Part shown: positions 12,148 to 25,195 of the stretch, in pieces
Numbering within the stretch: the first letter of the stretch is position 1
Layout of the letters: the number at the start of each line of letters is the position of its first letter
Assembly: GCA_030390025.1 (NCBI GenBank)
Contig: CM059432.1
Span: 51,834,001 to 51,898,000 of the forward strand
Length of the DNA stretch: 64,000 bases
Source: Squalus acanthias
Taxonomy: Eukaryota
Reading direction: 5' to 3'
Notes under the pieces: generated by a model
Seen by the model: the letters and a program-made list of their open reading frames with translations, nothing else
The model's database searches: none
What the model was told of the DNA's origin: nothing
Program-made: the position numbers and the translations under genes

Positions 12148-14024
12148 CTACTTTTTGCCCTTCGAGGGTGATCTCCTTCCCTTGCGCACTTCCCCCCTTC
12201 TAACCCTACTGCTCCTCCGTAATGGGACCTCAGTGGCTGCAGCAAGGCTGGTGGAAGGCTGCTGCTCGTCAGACCCTGACACTGCAGATGCCCCTGAAGG
12301 ACGGCCTCGACCACTTCTGGGCCTGGAGGGCCCGGCTGCAGACTGCACCAACTCTGCATGGGCGGCAGCAGTCTGTCCTACAGGCGGTGGCAAGTGCAGT
12401 GGAGAAGTGACAGTGTTGGCAGCAGGAATGCTGTCATCGTGAGAGAGGACAGCAACTCCCTGCTCGCCCGACACACTGGCACTCCCACGGGGCAGCACTT
12501 CAGCATCCGGAGCAATTTGCCGGAGAACAGATTGCTGGCCTGCTGCGGCGCGGTGACAGCCCCGGGGACATGTGCACGAACCATCGAGGATGGCAGCAGT
12601 CAGTGCTCGCGTGGCCTCAATCTGAGTCTGCATGAGAGCAGTCTCAGATGGGTTCCTGGCAGCCAGTGACTGAATTGCAGCACTAAGCTTTAGTGTGGCA
12701 TCCGCCTGTGCTACAGCGAAGTGCTCCACACTCCTTGCCAGTGCCTCAATGCATTCGGGCACCCTTCCCACTGCACCCATGAGCTCAGTGTGCATGCCCA
12801 CCGCCTGGCTGTTCATTTCTGCAATCAGCCGCTCCTCCTCTGCGTCCATTGCAGTAGGAGTGTCTGGCATACTCTCCCTCTGGGGAGAAGGCTCCCGTTC
12901 TTCCCTCCCCCCCCCATGGCGTTGCTGCAGCCCGCTGGGTCCTGGAGCTTCACCATCATCAGCCCCTTCCCCCCTGCTCCCCTCCGGGGAAGGCGTGTTC
13001 CCAGTGTGGCCATGGGCTTCCTCGGGAGAGGGTGGCACTGATGCTCCGGCTTCCTCTTCCTCCTCAGCTGCAGCATCACTCCCAGTGGCAGCTTCAGGGC
13101 CCGTCTCCTCAGCTGGTGAATCACCATCTGAAAGCAGGGAGGTACAAGAGTGGCTTTAGCGTGAGGACAGGGTAGCAGTAAGGGAGGAATAAGTGCAGCG
13201 AGTTAGCAAGTTGGATTGAAAGTGTCAAAGGCTGGTATTGTGAGGGACAAGTGGAAGGACAGAGGACAAAAAGGTGATGACCTTACCATTGCTGTCCACA
13301 ATGGGGTCGGCGTCCCCAGTGGTGACGGGACCGATCACCCGGCTTGCCACAATCCTGTGGACGCGCTCCTCCAGATCGCTGAGGGGTTGCAGCTGAAGCC
13401 GCCCTCCACCCGTCCGTTGCTGCTGTCTCCGATTATGAGCCAGCTTAGCCTGCAAGAAAAAGGACAGCATCTGAGTAAATATACAGCCATGGTCTTGCCT
13501 GATGTGCCTCCCATAGGTGAATAGCCCTTACAATATGCAGCCATGGTCTTGCCTGATGTGCCTCCCATAGGTGAATAGCCCTTACAATATGCAGCCATGG
13601 TCTTGCCTGATGTGCCTCCCATAGGTGAATAGCCCTTACTGTATGCAAAGTGTGGAATGTGTGTGTGTGTTTGATGAAAGGGCCATAGGTGTTGCATGAG
13701 TGTTGTGCATTGGGGTTTTAAGACCCTCTGGCCATATAGTGAGGTTGAGATGGAGGGATGGAGAGGTATTGAGAAAAAGCCACTCACCCTGACGACCCGA
13801 GTGAGGTCGTTGAATTTTTTGCGGCACTGAACATGGGTCCTGGGCACCATGCTCCTGGAGGAGACGCTCTGAGCCACCTCCCTCCACACTCTTCTGAACT
13901 CGCGTGGCAAAGGCCTCCTGCCACTCTCCGGGAACAGCATGCATCGTCTGCGCTCCACTGCGCCAACCAGAGCATCCAAGGCCCGCTCGGTGAAGCGATG
14001 AGCGCGTTCTCTCACCCTCTCCAT
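12148..14024 (-). CDS. Harbinger Myb/SANT-like DNA-binding partner protein, 3 exons (14024-13788, 13449-13287, 13127-12148), 459 aa
   Basis: Exon 1 encodes RFTERALDALV...W..VA..V...RTHVQCRKKFNDL. Both introns are GT-AG (gtgagt...ttcttgcag, phase 0; gtaagg...ctttcag, phase 1). 237+163+980=1380 nt joins in frame into the 12148-13038 ORF, which ends in a basic NLS-like tail. Confidence 0.9.
13478..13639. repeat. 54-bp tandem repeat, 3 copies, in intron 1 of the Myb-like gene
   Basis: cagccatggtcttgcctgatgtgcctcccataggtgaatagcccttacaatatg starts at 13484, 13538 and 13592 (last copy partial). Confidence 0.97.
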
Positions 14025-14437
14025 TTGGCTGCTCCTGTTAGATGAAAACTCACAAATTTGGTATCATGTATTGGGTTCTATAAGCACTTTAATACATACT
14101 TTATTTTTTTAAATCCTTAGTTAGAATTAAGCTTTGTTATAGCTTTTCCAAAAAACAAGAAAATATTACACGTGCTCTTATCTATTTGGTCATTCCTTGT
14201 GCTAGTCTACATTGGCTGCTACTTAGTTGTGCACTCAGTGCTTTATACTCTGCCCTGACTGCTATCCTAATTGATTTCTAAAGACCTTCTAGTCAGTCAC
14301 ATGTTTATACACATGTCTGCCATCCAGTTATTACACAGTATTTAATAGCATAAAATTGCATACTTGTTATTCATTGACCCCAGTTGAAAGCATGTCTTTG
14401 TGAACATCAGATGAGGGCAGGATCTGGTGTAACTCTA

Positions 14438-17100
14438 ATAAAAACAGAAAATGCTGGAAATACTCAGCAGGTCAGGCAGCATATGTGGAGAGAGAAACAG
14501 CATTAACGTTTCAGGTCGATGACCTTTCGTCAGAACGTGAAAATGTTAGAGATATAACAAGTTTTAAGCAAGTGCAGAGGCAGAAATGTGGGGAGGGTAG
14601 GAAAGAATAAAAGGGAAGGTCTGTGATAGGGTGGAAGGCAGGAGAGATTAAAAGACAAAAGGGATGATGGTGCAAGGCAAAGGAGATGGTAATGGGACAA
14701 GTAAAGCAACAAAAGATAGGTCTAGAAGAGGTGTAAATGGTAATAGCAGAATCATCAACAGCTGCCATCTGAAAAAATGGGGGCAGAGGTTATGATCTGA
14801 AATTGTTGAACTCAATGTTGAGTCCGGAAGGCTGTAAAGTGCCTAAACAAAAGATGAGGTGCTGTTCGTCGAGCTTACGTTGAGCTTCATTGGAACAGGG
14901 TAGGAGGCTGAAGACAGATCAGAGTGGGACAGGAGCGGAGAATTTAAGTGACAGGCAACCGGAAGCTCGGGGTCACCCAATCTGCGTTTGGTCTCCCCCA
15001 ATGCAGAGGAGACCGCATCGTGAGCAGCGAATACAATACGCTAATTTTAGAAGTACAAGTAAATCGCTGTTTCACCTGGAAGGAGTGTTTGGGGCCCTGG
15101 AAGGTGGGAAGGGAGGAACTGAAAGGGCAGGTGTTGCATCGCCTGTGCTTGTACGGGAAGGTGCCGTGGGAAGGGGAGGGGGTGTTGGGGTGATTGAGGG
15201 GTGGACGAGGGTGTCGCGGAGGGAACAGTCCCTTCGGAATACTGATAGGGGAGAGGAGGGGAAGATGTGTTTGGTGGTGGGATCACGCTGGAGGTGGCGG
15301 AAATGGCGGAGGATGATCCGTTGAATGTGGAGACTTGTGGGTGAAAGGTGAGGTCAAGGGTAACCCTATCGTGTTTCTGGGAGGGAGGGGAAGGGGTGAG
15401 GGCAGAAGTGCGGGAAATGTAACAGACACGGTTGAGGGCCCTGTCAGCCATGGTAGAAGGGAATCCTCGGTTGAGGAAAAAGGAAGACATATCAGAAGCA
15501 TTGGTGTGGAAGGTGGCATTGTCAGAAGAGATGCGACGGAGATGGAGAAACTGGGAGAATGGAATCGAGTCCGTACAAGAAGTAGGGTGGTAGGATGTGT
15601 AGTCAAGGTAGCTGTGGGAGTCAGTGGGCTTTTAGTGAATATTGGTCGATAGCCTATCCCCAGAAATGGAGACAGAGAAGTCGAGGAAGGGAAGGAAAGA
15701 GTCGGAGATGGACGACGTGAAGGCGAGGGAAGGGTGGAAATTGAAAGCAAAGTGAATTAAATTTTCCAGTTCAGGGCGAAAGCAGGAAACAGTCATCAAT
15801 GTATCGGAAAAAGAGGTGAGGGAGGGGACCTGAGTCAGACTGGAACAAAGAATGTTCCACATATCCCGCGAAAAGGTAGGCAGAGCTAGGACCAATGCGG
15901 GTTCCCATAGCAACACCTTTAATTTGGAGGAAGTGAATGGAGTCAAAAGAGAAGTTGTTCAATGTGAGAACAAGTTCAGCCAAGCGGAGGAGGGTGGTGG
16001 TGGATGGAGCTCTGTTCAAAGAAGAAGCAGAGCGCCCTCAGGCCATCCTGGTGGGGGATGGAGGTGTATAGGGATTGAACGTCCATAGTGAAAGGAGATG
16101 GTTAGGGCCAAGAAACTGTTAAAGTGGTGGAGGCTGTCGGAAGAGGCGCGGATGTAGGGGGGAAGAGACTGGACAAGGGGAGAAAAAATAGAGTCGAGAT
16201 AGGAAGAAATCAGTTCCGTGGGGCAACAACAGGCTAAAACAATGGGTCTACCAGGGCAGTCCTGTTTGTGGATCTTGGAAAGAAGGTAGAAGCGGGTAGT
16301 GTGGGGTTGGGGGACTATGACGTTAGAGGCCGTGGAGGGAAGATCTCCAGAGGAGATGAGGTCAGTGATAGTCTTGGAAACGATGGCTTGCTGTTCGGTA
16401 GGAGGTGTCAGAGAGTTGGCGTTCAGCCTCCGCAAAGTAGAGGTCGGTTCGCCAAACAACAACAGCGCCACCCTTGTCAGCAGGTTTGATGACAATGTTA
16501 GGGTTGGACCTGAGAGAACGGAGTGCTGCAAGTTCAGAGGGAAGTAGGTTAGAGTGAGTGAGTGGAGCAGAGAAATTGAGATGGCCGATGTCACACCGGC
16601 AGTTCCCAATGAAAAGATCTAGAGTGGGTAGGAGGCCAGAGGGTGGGGTCCAAGTGGAACGAGAATTCTGAAGACGGGAGAAAGGGTCCTCTGTGCAAGG
16701 GGAAGACTCCTGGCTAAAGTAGTGGGTGCGGAGGCAAAGACGACGGAAAAAGAGCTCAGCGTCGTGCCGAGCTCGAATTCATTGAGGTGGGGGCGTAAGG
16801 CGATGAACCGAAGGCCTTTGCTGAGGACTGATCATTTGGGGTCAGAGAGGGGAAGGTCAGATGAGATAGTAAAAACACAGCAAAGGATGAGATTGGAAGA
16901 AGGGATGGGGTTAGAGGAAAGTGAAGGGAAAGGAGGTTCCGGAGGGGTGTTGGTATCCAAGAGTTGTTGAAGCTTGCAATCCTTGACACCTGAAAGGAAG
17001 AAAAAAAGTTTATTGTTAAAGCACCGGATGAGGCGAAGGATGAAATGGAACTGCGGATCAGGACAGCTTTGAGACAGAGTGAGTCGGTGCTGGTGAAGAG
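14438..17100 (-). mobile_element. Penelope-like retroelement (RT and GIY-YIG remnants), multiply frameshifted
   Basis: FYLLSKIHKQDCPGRPIV, LAELVLTLNNFSF, GVAMGTRIGPS, FFRYIDD, LPFLDFSVSI, and a GIY-YIG-like CIGETKRRLGD near 14970-15010. Terminal region carries a hammerhead motif. Confidence 0.9.
14499..14538 (-). ncRNA. Minimal hammerhead ribozyme motif (Penelope-type)
   Basis: Minus strand cgtt-CTGACGA-a-aggtc-atc-gacct-GAAACGTT-aatg: core CUGANGA/GAAA, 5-bp stem II, palindromic AACGTT stem III and 4-bp stem I. Confidence 0.65.
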
Positions 17101-17104
17101 AGTG

Positions 17105-18200
17105 AAAAGAAAAGAAAGAAAGACTTGCATTTATATAGCACCTTTCACGACCACCGGACGTGTCAAAGCGCTTTACAGCCAATGAAGTATTTTTGAAGTG
17201 GAGTCACTGGGGGAAAAATTTGGTTGCTTTGTGCCTCCCATTAGCGCCCTCCGCTAACGGGGCGCAAAGCAACTAGCGCCCAGGTGCGGCGCCGCCAACA
17301 CCTCCCGCAAAATTCAGCGGGAGGTTAGCGGCGGCAGTAACCGTTAGCGCCCCGGCCGCGATCTTCAGTAGCGCCCCCTGACTTACCACCGGATGCTATG
17401 TCCGAAGGGGTCAGGGGGGCCTACCTGCGGCCGGGGTGGCGATATTTAAAGGCGAGGTGCCGGGCAGCCATTTTTGTTGCTGGCCGCCTGCCAGCACCTG
17501 CCTGCGCTCCCGTCCCCGGCCTCCTTACCCGCCCCCCCACGGAGCGCCGGCCCGGCACTTCTCTTGAGTGCCGGGATCTTTTGCCGGCACTCCGATCCTC
17601 GGGGGCCCAGCTGGACCTCGGGTCGCGCTGCGCAAGGGCCCTCCCCTTTAAGAAGGGAAGGAAGGCCTGCAATACTGCGGCGTGACCTGTCACAGCGCGT
17701 GGCGCTGCAGCACGTAACGCCATGATATTCCCTTGCAGCACCTCAAGAGGGAGGCGGGGCACTTCCAGTAGCGCCCCGCTTCCCTCTTGGGGCGCTACCA
17801 CTCAATTTCGGTCACGGGGGTGCTAATTTTTCCGCGGCGCTAAAAGTAGCGCCCCAGCGAAGTTAACGCCCCAAAGGGGGCGCGACTCAATTTTTCGCCC
17901 ACTGTTGTAAGGAGGGAAATGCGGCAGCCAATTTGCGCACAGCAAGCTCCCACAAACAGCAATGCGATAATGGCCAGATAATCTGTTTTAGTGATGTTGG
18001 TTGAGGGATAAATATTGGCCAGGACACCGGGGATAACTGCCCTGCTCTTCTTCGAAATAGTGCCATGGGATCTTTTACGTCCACCTGAGAGAGCAGACGG
18101 GGCCTCGGTTTAATATCTCATCCGAAAGACGGCACCTCTGAAAGAGCAGCACTCCCTCAGTACTGCACTGGAGTGTCAGCCTAACTTTATGTGTTCAAGT
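17105..18200 (-). mobile_element. Deu-domain SINE interrupted by a MITE
   Basis: Colinear with 2925-3388 once 17209-17900 is removed. Confidence 0.88.
17209..17900. mobile_element. Harbinger-type MITE, family A (inverted relative to 882-1630)
   Basis: Termini gggggaaaaattt / caatttttcgccc with TSD ACT. The empty site is visible in the SINE copy at about 3020. Confidence 0.93.
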
Positions 18201-18777
18201 CCCCCCAACCTGGATTCCCTTCCACCCTTCGGAATGGCCACCAGCCACCACTTCCACTCTCATTGCAAGTAAATGCTAGTGGGGGCAGGACCCATCTTCC
18301 CATCCCACTTTCCTCCCATCTAACCTTCTTACTGCCACTCCAAGGGACCACCTGATGGAAGGTGGTGGTAGGTCTGGGGCAACGGTAAGGGATAGGGATT
18401 AGTAGAGGCCTCCTCTCCCTCGTGTTTGGCCCCCATGCACTTATCTGTGTAGGCCTCTGTCGCAGCCTTCTTCTTTGAGGCTTTTCAGACCCTTTAAGAT
18501 AGCGGTTCCACTGCAGCAACACCCAATTATTCTCTTCCACAGTGATGGGATTTCTTTTGGAGACGGGAATTCTACCGGGAGCCTGGCCAATGACCCCTGA
18601 CCGTGGAAAATGGCTCTGCGTTGCTACTCAACTCCAAGCAGGAAAATCCAGCCTTATGCCTCCCAGCGTGCCTTTGAGAGAGGATAGGTAAGGGAGAAAA
18701 ATCAGATATTTAAAGAAGGGAAAAAAGTATGACTTTCATTATCACAATTAGAAATAACAAAATTTATGATGATTGAT

Positions 18778-19185
18778 CAGACTGGGGCTCTTTTCTCTGG
18801 AAAAGAGAATACTAAGAAGAATACCTGATAGAGGTCTTTAAAATTATGAAGGGGTTCAAAAGGGTACACATGGAGAAACTGTTTCCATTTGTGTGAGTCC
18901 AGAACAAGGTGGCATAAATATAAGATAGCCACTAACAGATCAAATAAAGAATTTAGGAGGAATGTCTTTACACAGAGAGCAGTGAGACTGTGGAACTCGC
19001 TGCCATGTGGAGTGGCTGAAGCAGACAGCATTGACTCATTTAAGGGAACGCTTGATGTATACATAAGGAAGAAAGGAATAGAGTTATTGGGGACAGGGAA
19101 GAGGTGATTAGAATGGGAAGAGGCTTGTGTGGAGTATAAACAACAGCATAGACCAGTTGGGCTGAATGGCCTCTTTTGGTGCTGG
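18778..19185 (+). mobile_element. CR1 LINE 3' end fragment
   Basis: RTRWHKYKI...EFRRNVFTQRAVRLWNSLP, the CR1 ORF2 C-terminal motif. Confidence 0.85.
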
Positions 19186-19189
19186 AGAT

Positions 19190-19650
19190 GCAACAGCAAC
19201 AACAATTTGCATTTATATAGCGCCTTTAGTGCAGTAAACATCCCAAAACGCTTCAAAGGAGCGCTATCAAACAAAATATGACACTGAGCATACATAAGGA
19301 GATATTAGGACAAGTGACCAAAAGCTTGGTCAAAGAGGTAGATTTTAAGAAGTAGCTTAAAGGAGGAGAGAGAGGTGGAGAGATTTAAGGAAGGAATTCC
19401 AGAGCTTAGGCCCCAGGCAGCTGAAGGCACGGTCCCAATGGTGCAGCAATTAAAATCAGGGATGCACAAGAGGCCAGAATTGGAGGAGCGCAGAGATCTA
19501 AGGTTTGTAGGGTTGGAGGAGATTACAGACGGGTGATGAGTGAACGGGATTTGGTGCAAGTTAGAATACGGGCAGTAGAGTTTGGATGAGCTCAAGTTTA
19601 CGGAGTGTGCAAGGTGGGAGGCCGGCCAAAAGAGCATTGGAATAGTCGAG
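19190..19650 (-). mobile_element. L2 LINE 3' end fragment
   Basis: Tail caacaacaatttgcatttatatagcgcc on the plus strand; LRSLRSSNSGLLCIP on the minus strand. Confidence 0.75.
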
Positions 19651-20614
19651 TAAATAGTTAAATTTATGATTGCATTTCAGACTTGAATCCTGTCTGCCAA
19701 GTGTAATGTTCCTAGGTGATGTGGGTTTTGGCAGTCTCAACCAAATTGCTAAGCCCCAATTTTAACGTAATTTGCCCACCAAAAATGGGGTTCATTCGGT
19801 TCAGTGTCCGATTTACACCCCGCCCGATTTTCGGCTCCATTGAAATCAATGGAATGTAAAATCAAGCGAGCTATAAGTCAGGAATCCGACCCAAAGGCAT
19901 TAGGTTAAAACCAGGGTCTCCAGTGTCTGTAGCCCAGTATCTCTTCTTGGCCATGTTGAGGTGGAGCGGGACTTCCACCTGCTGCACTAACACCACTGTG
20001 AAGCCAGCCCATTTTCTTGGGTCAGAGGTCATTTGTTATGCTGGGGAGGGTCCTAGCAGGGTCCCCACCATCAAGAGGGAGCCCAGTGCTCCATAACCGC
20101 AAAGTTCCAGCCATGCTGTAACAGACCACTGCTGCAGGTCCTGAAAAGGCGGCCCAACATTTAAAGTGGGTGAAAGAACCCTGAGGAGGAAAGGTGGAAA
20201 TTTTTTTAGGCTTCGGCTGAGATGAGGCCTAAAAAGGTCAGCTTTTTGGGCACATATGGAGGGAGTATAGGTCATTACTAGACCCTGTCCCTCCATTCAA
20301 TCATTTTGGGCATACACTACCGCTGACCCAGGGTCAATTGCTAACTGCTTCCAGGCAGACTCTGAGAATGAGGGAAACAATGGCAATAAAGAGGCAAGTG
20401 GACCTAGGCCTGGAACCCAGAACCTGGGACCTGCACTTCTGCTGACATTTACGTCCAGTGGGTGGGGAATGGATGGCCAGTGGCCTTCCTAGCAAAGGAG
20501 GGAATGTGACACTAGACCTCACTTTTGACCCCTTTTCAGGTGGGATAGCAGAGGAAAGTCCATCAACAAGCCTGACCATAATTGACATCAATTAACAATC
20601 TCACTTTGAGAGAC

Positions 20615-21780
20615 TATAGAATCATAGAATCATAGAAATTTACGGCCGAGAAGGAAGCCATTCGGCCCATCGTGTCTATGCCGGCCGAAAAAGAGCTATC
20701 TAACCTAACCCCACTTTCCAGCTCTTGGTCCGTAACTCTGTGGGTTACGGCACTTCAAGTGCATATCCAAGTACTTTTTAAATGTGATGAGGGCTTCTGC
20801 CTCTACCACCCTTTCAGGCAGTGAGTTTCAGACCCCACCACCCTCTGAGTGAAAACATTTCTCCTCAACTCCCTTCTAATCCTTCTACCAATTATATTAA
20901 CTCTATGCTTCCTGGTTATTGACCTCTCTGCTAAGGGAAATAGGTCCTTCCTATCAACTCTATCTAGGCCCCTTATCATTTTATACACCTCAATCAAGTG
21001 TCCCCTCAGCCTCCTCTGTTCCAAAGAAAACAACCCCAGCCTATCCAATCTTTCCTCATAGCAAATATTCTCCAGTCCTGGCACAATACTTGTAAATCTC
21101 CTCTGTACCCTCTCTAGTGCAATCTCATCTTTCCTGTAATGTGGTGACCAGAACTATACACAGTACTCTAGCTGTGGCCTAACTAGTGTTTTATCTTGTT
21201 CAAGTATAACCTCCCTACTCTTATATTCTATGTCTCGGCTAATAAAGGAAAGTATCCTGTATGCCTTCTTAACCACCTTATCTACCTGTCCTGCTACCTT
21301 CAGGGATCTGTGGAAATGCACTCCAAGGTCCCTCTGCTCCTCTACACTTCCATTGTATCCTACCATTTATTGTGTATTCCCTTGCCTTGTTAGACCTCCC
21401 CAAATGCATTACCTCACACTTCTCTAGATTGAATTCCATTTGCCACTTTTCTGCCCTCCTGACCAGTCCATTAATATCTTCCTGCAGTCTACAGCTTTCT
21501 TCCTCACTATCAACCACACGGCCAAAGTTTGTATCATCTGCAAACTTCTTAATCATGCCCCCTACATTGAAGTCTAAATCATTGATCTATACCACAAAAA
21601 GCAAAGGACCTAGTACTGAGCCCTGTGGAACCCCACTGGAAACAGCCTTCCAGTCACAAAAACATCCATCGACCATTACCCTTTGCTTCCTGACACTGAG
21701 CCAATTTTGGAGCCAACTTGCCACTTTCCCTTGGATCCCATGGGCTTTTACTTTTCTGACCATTCTGCCATGTGGGACTA
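20615..21780 (-). mobile_element. CR1 LINE 3' fragment
   Basis: SGVPQGSVLGPLLF, KFADDT, RPQLEYCV, RRLRGHLIEVYK and a tagaatca tail repeat. Confidence 0.93.
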
Positions 21781-22559
21781 TGAGGATGCTCATGTGGCAA
21801 TCGGGAATATTCACACTCATACTAGATATCCTGAAGTTAAATGCAAGCACTTTCTTTCTTTGAAGTTGAAGTTAAAATTGGAGAAGAATAGTGGGACTCT
21901 GGTCTGCAGACAGTGCATTCTAAATATCCTTAAATATTGGGCATTCTCTATATCGGGGCATTGGTTCGTGGATTGGCATCAAGTTCCTGGATGTGCAATT
22001 TTAACAAAATCATTACCTCGTTTAAAATAAATAAAGACTTCATTAGAGTAGCACACACAGGAACTCGATGAGAATGCATTAATCAGTGCACTTGTATTAC
22101 AGACAGGAATTTCAACCATTAGGATTGCTTGTTATGGACGCGAGGCAACAGTTCCTCAGCACTGACATTCTTGTGCTAATGGGCACGTGTAAATTGGTCG
22201 GAGCTCCATGATGCTGGACCACTGGCTACCTGTTCACCCACCATCATTGCTGGCAGCCGCCCAGTTTTGGACAGTTTGATGAAAATGAGGCTGAATTTAC
22301 ATCATATGCCACACTTTGCATCATTTTCACATCATTTACACTGTTTCCTGTTGGTATCCACTTAAACCGGGTGTCCAAGGTTGTGAGGCACACAGCAAAA
22401 GGCGGAAGAGAATTTAAAGAGTATAGCATCAGTGTTTATAGCATTGGATTTAATTGCTGATTCTTTTTAAAGAGTTTTTTTTTTAATTGATTTGTTATTA
22501 GCAACTACTTTGAAATTTGGCTCTGTATAATTTGATGTGGGGCTGCCATTTCATCTCCA

Positions 22560-22850
22560 CCTACACTTCACACAGGATACAGCGGTTGTCCCACCGAGAA
22601 ATCCCCAGCATCATTGATTTTTGAAAGCAGAGGAGAAACACCAGAGGGATGCCAGGTTGGTCAAACAGTACCGATTGAGCACGGCACCCACTCACACATT
22701 TCTATATCAGAGCATCTGGGCAGAAGCACACATACCTGCATTTGTTAGAGGAGCAGTGTCTATGTAGGCTTCACTTTATAAGGAATGCCATCACTGAATT
22801 ATGCTACATGCTGCACGCGGGCTTTCAGCCCACCTACACCTAAATCAAAA
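22560..22850 (+). pseudogene. Highly decayed Harbinger transposase 5' remnant
   Basis: EEQCLCRLHFIRNAITELCYMLHAGFQP at about 22748-22832 resembles EELCLRWLRFSKEVVTELCHLLQPDLQP. Confidence 0.55.
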
Positions 22851-24220
22851 TAAGGAAACAACTCTGCTTGATATCAGAGGTCCTCGAGGTCCATCGTGGA
22901 TTGTGTGACACCTGTTCTCTTATCTACTCAGACGGCATGTTTCATTTACTATTCTTTGATACTTGTAACCTTGGCGAGTCTATGTGAAAGCATATAAGCA
23001 AGTGAGTGAATACTTTAACACAGTGTAAGGGGAAGGTCATTGTAAATAGCAGACAACAATATAGCGCCTTTGACGTAAAAGGTCCCAAAGCGCTTCACAA
23101 GAGCATTATCAAACAAAATTTGACAACGAGCCAGATGTGCATAACTTAGTGCGTTCTTAAAAAGTGTGGCTAGCTCCTCTTACCATGTCTGACTATTAAA
23201 CTTTTTCCTGCACTGAATATTCCTATTTGGGGTGACTTAGTTCACACTTATTGCCCTGGCCATCTCCTTCCATTGCCCCTGGGCACCTCTGTTTGAGGAT
23301 CTGCCTGGCTCGGTGCCAAACAGGGCCTCCTCTGTCTGCTTGACTTCTCCAGTAGCACTTCCACAGCTTAATCAGAGAACCTGATGGCTCTCTGCCGCTT
23401 GCTAACCTGACATTTTTTTTCCAAACTATTTTTCTCCTATGTATCAAAGTCGATTGTGGTGATGCCTGTTCCTTTAAGCACTGCAGGACTTGGAATCCTG
23501 CCGAGGTATGTTACTTCCCACCCCCAATGGATGAGTTCCAAATCAAAGGTTTTTATGACACCAGGAGCTCACCTGAAATATTAAAATGAGACTGACCTAT
23601 GAAATTATGGTATGGTCAGCATTAGGTAGATGTGATTGATGCTAAACCCTACTTCTGGTTGGAATTGCACCCAAACAGAAAATCTAGACTTTGGTGTCAA
23701 GCCTTTCTCAGTCATAGCTTATGGGTAGACCATCAAAAAAGTAACATTTGAAACCGCTGGGGACATTCCCCAGCAATCGGAGAAGATCAGGGTATGGTGG
23801 GGGGCTCGGAATGCAGCAGCAAGGCGGGATGGAGAGATCGCGGGAAGCGGGAGATTGTGGGGGAATAGGCCAATCACAGGGAGGGAGTGACCACAGCAGA
23901 AGTGGCGGGATTGTGGCCCATGGAATTTTAGGGTCTCCGTGTCTGTTTCCAAAACACTTCCTTTGATCATTTATATTCTGTAATTTTAACTGTCATCTTT
24001 TTATAATTGCATTTCCATTAGAATGTAATGCCAGAGTTAATTTGATTTATGAGAAAACATTGGTTTTGAATAGCATCCAACATAATTAACAGAAAATGTG
24101 GCATTGATCCACGTGAAGCGTTTGTTTTTCTATATTTAGACAGTGTTTATTTAGAATGGGAAATAGGAATCAAATTTCTGAATATAATCTGTCAGAACTA
24201 TTATGTCTTTAAGTATATAG

Positions 24221-25195
24221 TTGTTCACAATTTATATTAACGATTTAGACTTTGGAATCAAAAACACAATTTCTAAATTTGCAGATGACACCAAATTGGG
24301 AGGGATAGTCAATACTGAGGAGGACTGCAACAAATTACAAGAAGACATTAATAAACTTGCAGAATGGGCATATAATTGGCAAATGAATTTCAACACAGAT
24401 AAATGTGAGGTATTACATTTTGTTAAGAAAAATAAGGAGGTCACATATTACTTGGAAAATAAGAATCTAAATGGGGTAGAGGAGCAAAGGAATCTGGGGG
24501 TACAAATACACAAATCACTAAAAGTAGCAACACAGGTTAATAAGGCCATAAAAAAAGCAAACCAAGCATTAGGGTTAATTTCTAGAGGGATAGAATTGAA
24601 AACTAGATAAGTTATGCTAAACTTGTAAGGAACCTTGGTTAGACCACACTTCAAGTATTGTGTACAATTCTGGTCGCCATACTATAAAAAGGATATAGCG
24701 GCACTGGAGAGAGTGCAAAAATGATTTACAAGGATGATACCAGAACTGCGAGGTCATACCTATCAGGAACGAATGAACAGCCTGGGTCTCTTTTCTCTTG
24801 AAAAGAGAAGGCTGAGGGGTGACCTAATAGAGATCTTTAAAATTATGAAAGGTTTTGATAGAGTGGATACAGAGAGTGTGTTTCCACTTGTGGGGAAGAG
24901 CATAACTAGAGGCCATCAATATAAGATAATCACCAAGAAATCAAATAGGGAATTCAGAAGAAACTTCTTTACCCAGAGTGGTGAGAATGTGAAACTCGCA
25001 GGGAGTATTTGAGGTGAATAGTATAGATGCATTTAAGGGGAAGCGAGATAAGTATATGAGGGAGAAGGGTTATGCTGATAGACTTATATGATGAAATACA
25101 GGGGGCGGCTCGAGTGGAGCATAAACGACGGCATGGACTAGTTGGGCTGAATGGCCTGTTTCTTTGCTGTATAATCTATGTAATTCTATGTAATT
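24221..25195 (+). mobile_element. CR1 LINE 3' fragment
   Basis: FTIYINDLD, KFADDTKLGG, RRLRGDLIEIFKIMKG and a ctatgtaa tail. Confidence 0.93.

Larger units (their letters stand above)
10181..14040 (+). mobile_element. PIF/Harbinger DNA transposon with two intact genes; left end present, right end not found
   Basis: Left terminus gggggaaaaattcagttggttgcgcctcccgttagcgcc (preceded by TTA) matches the MITE ends. Convergent transposase and Myb/SANT-like genes. The right boundary is approximate. Confidence 0.9.

Noticed and set aside
13478..13639. CRISPR-like array
   Set aside because: The units are contiguous with no unique spacers, lie in a eukaryotic intron, and have no cas genes nearby.
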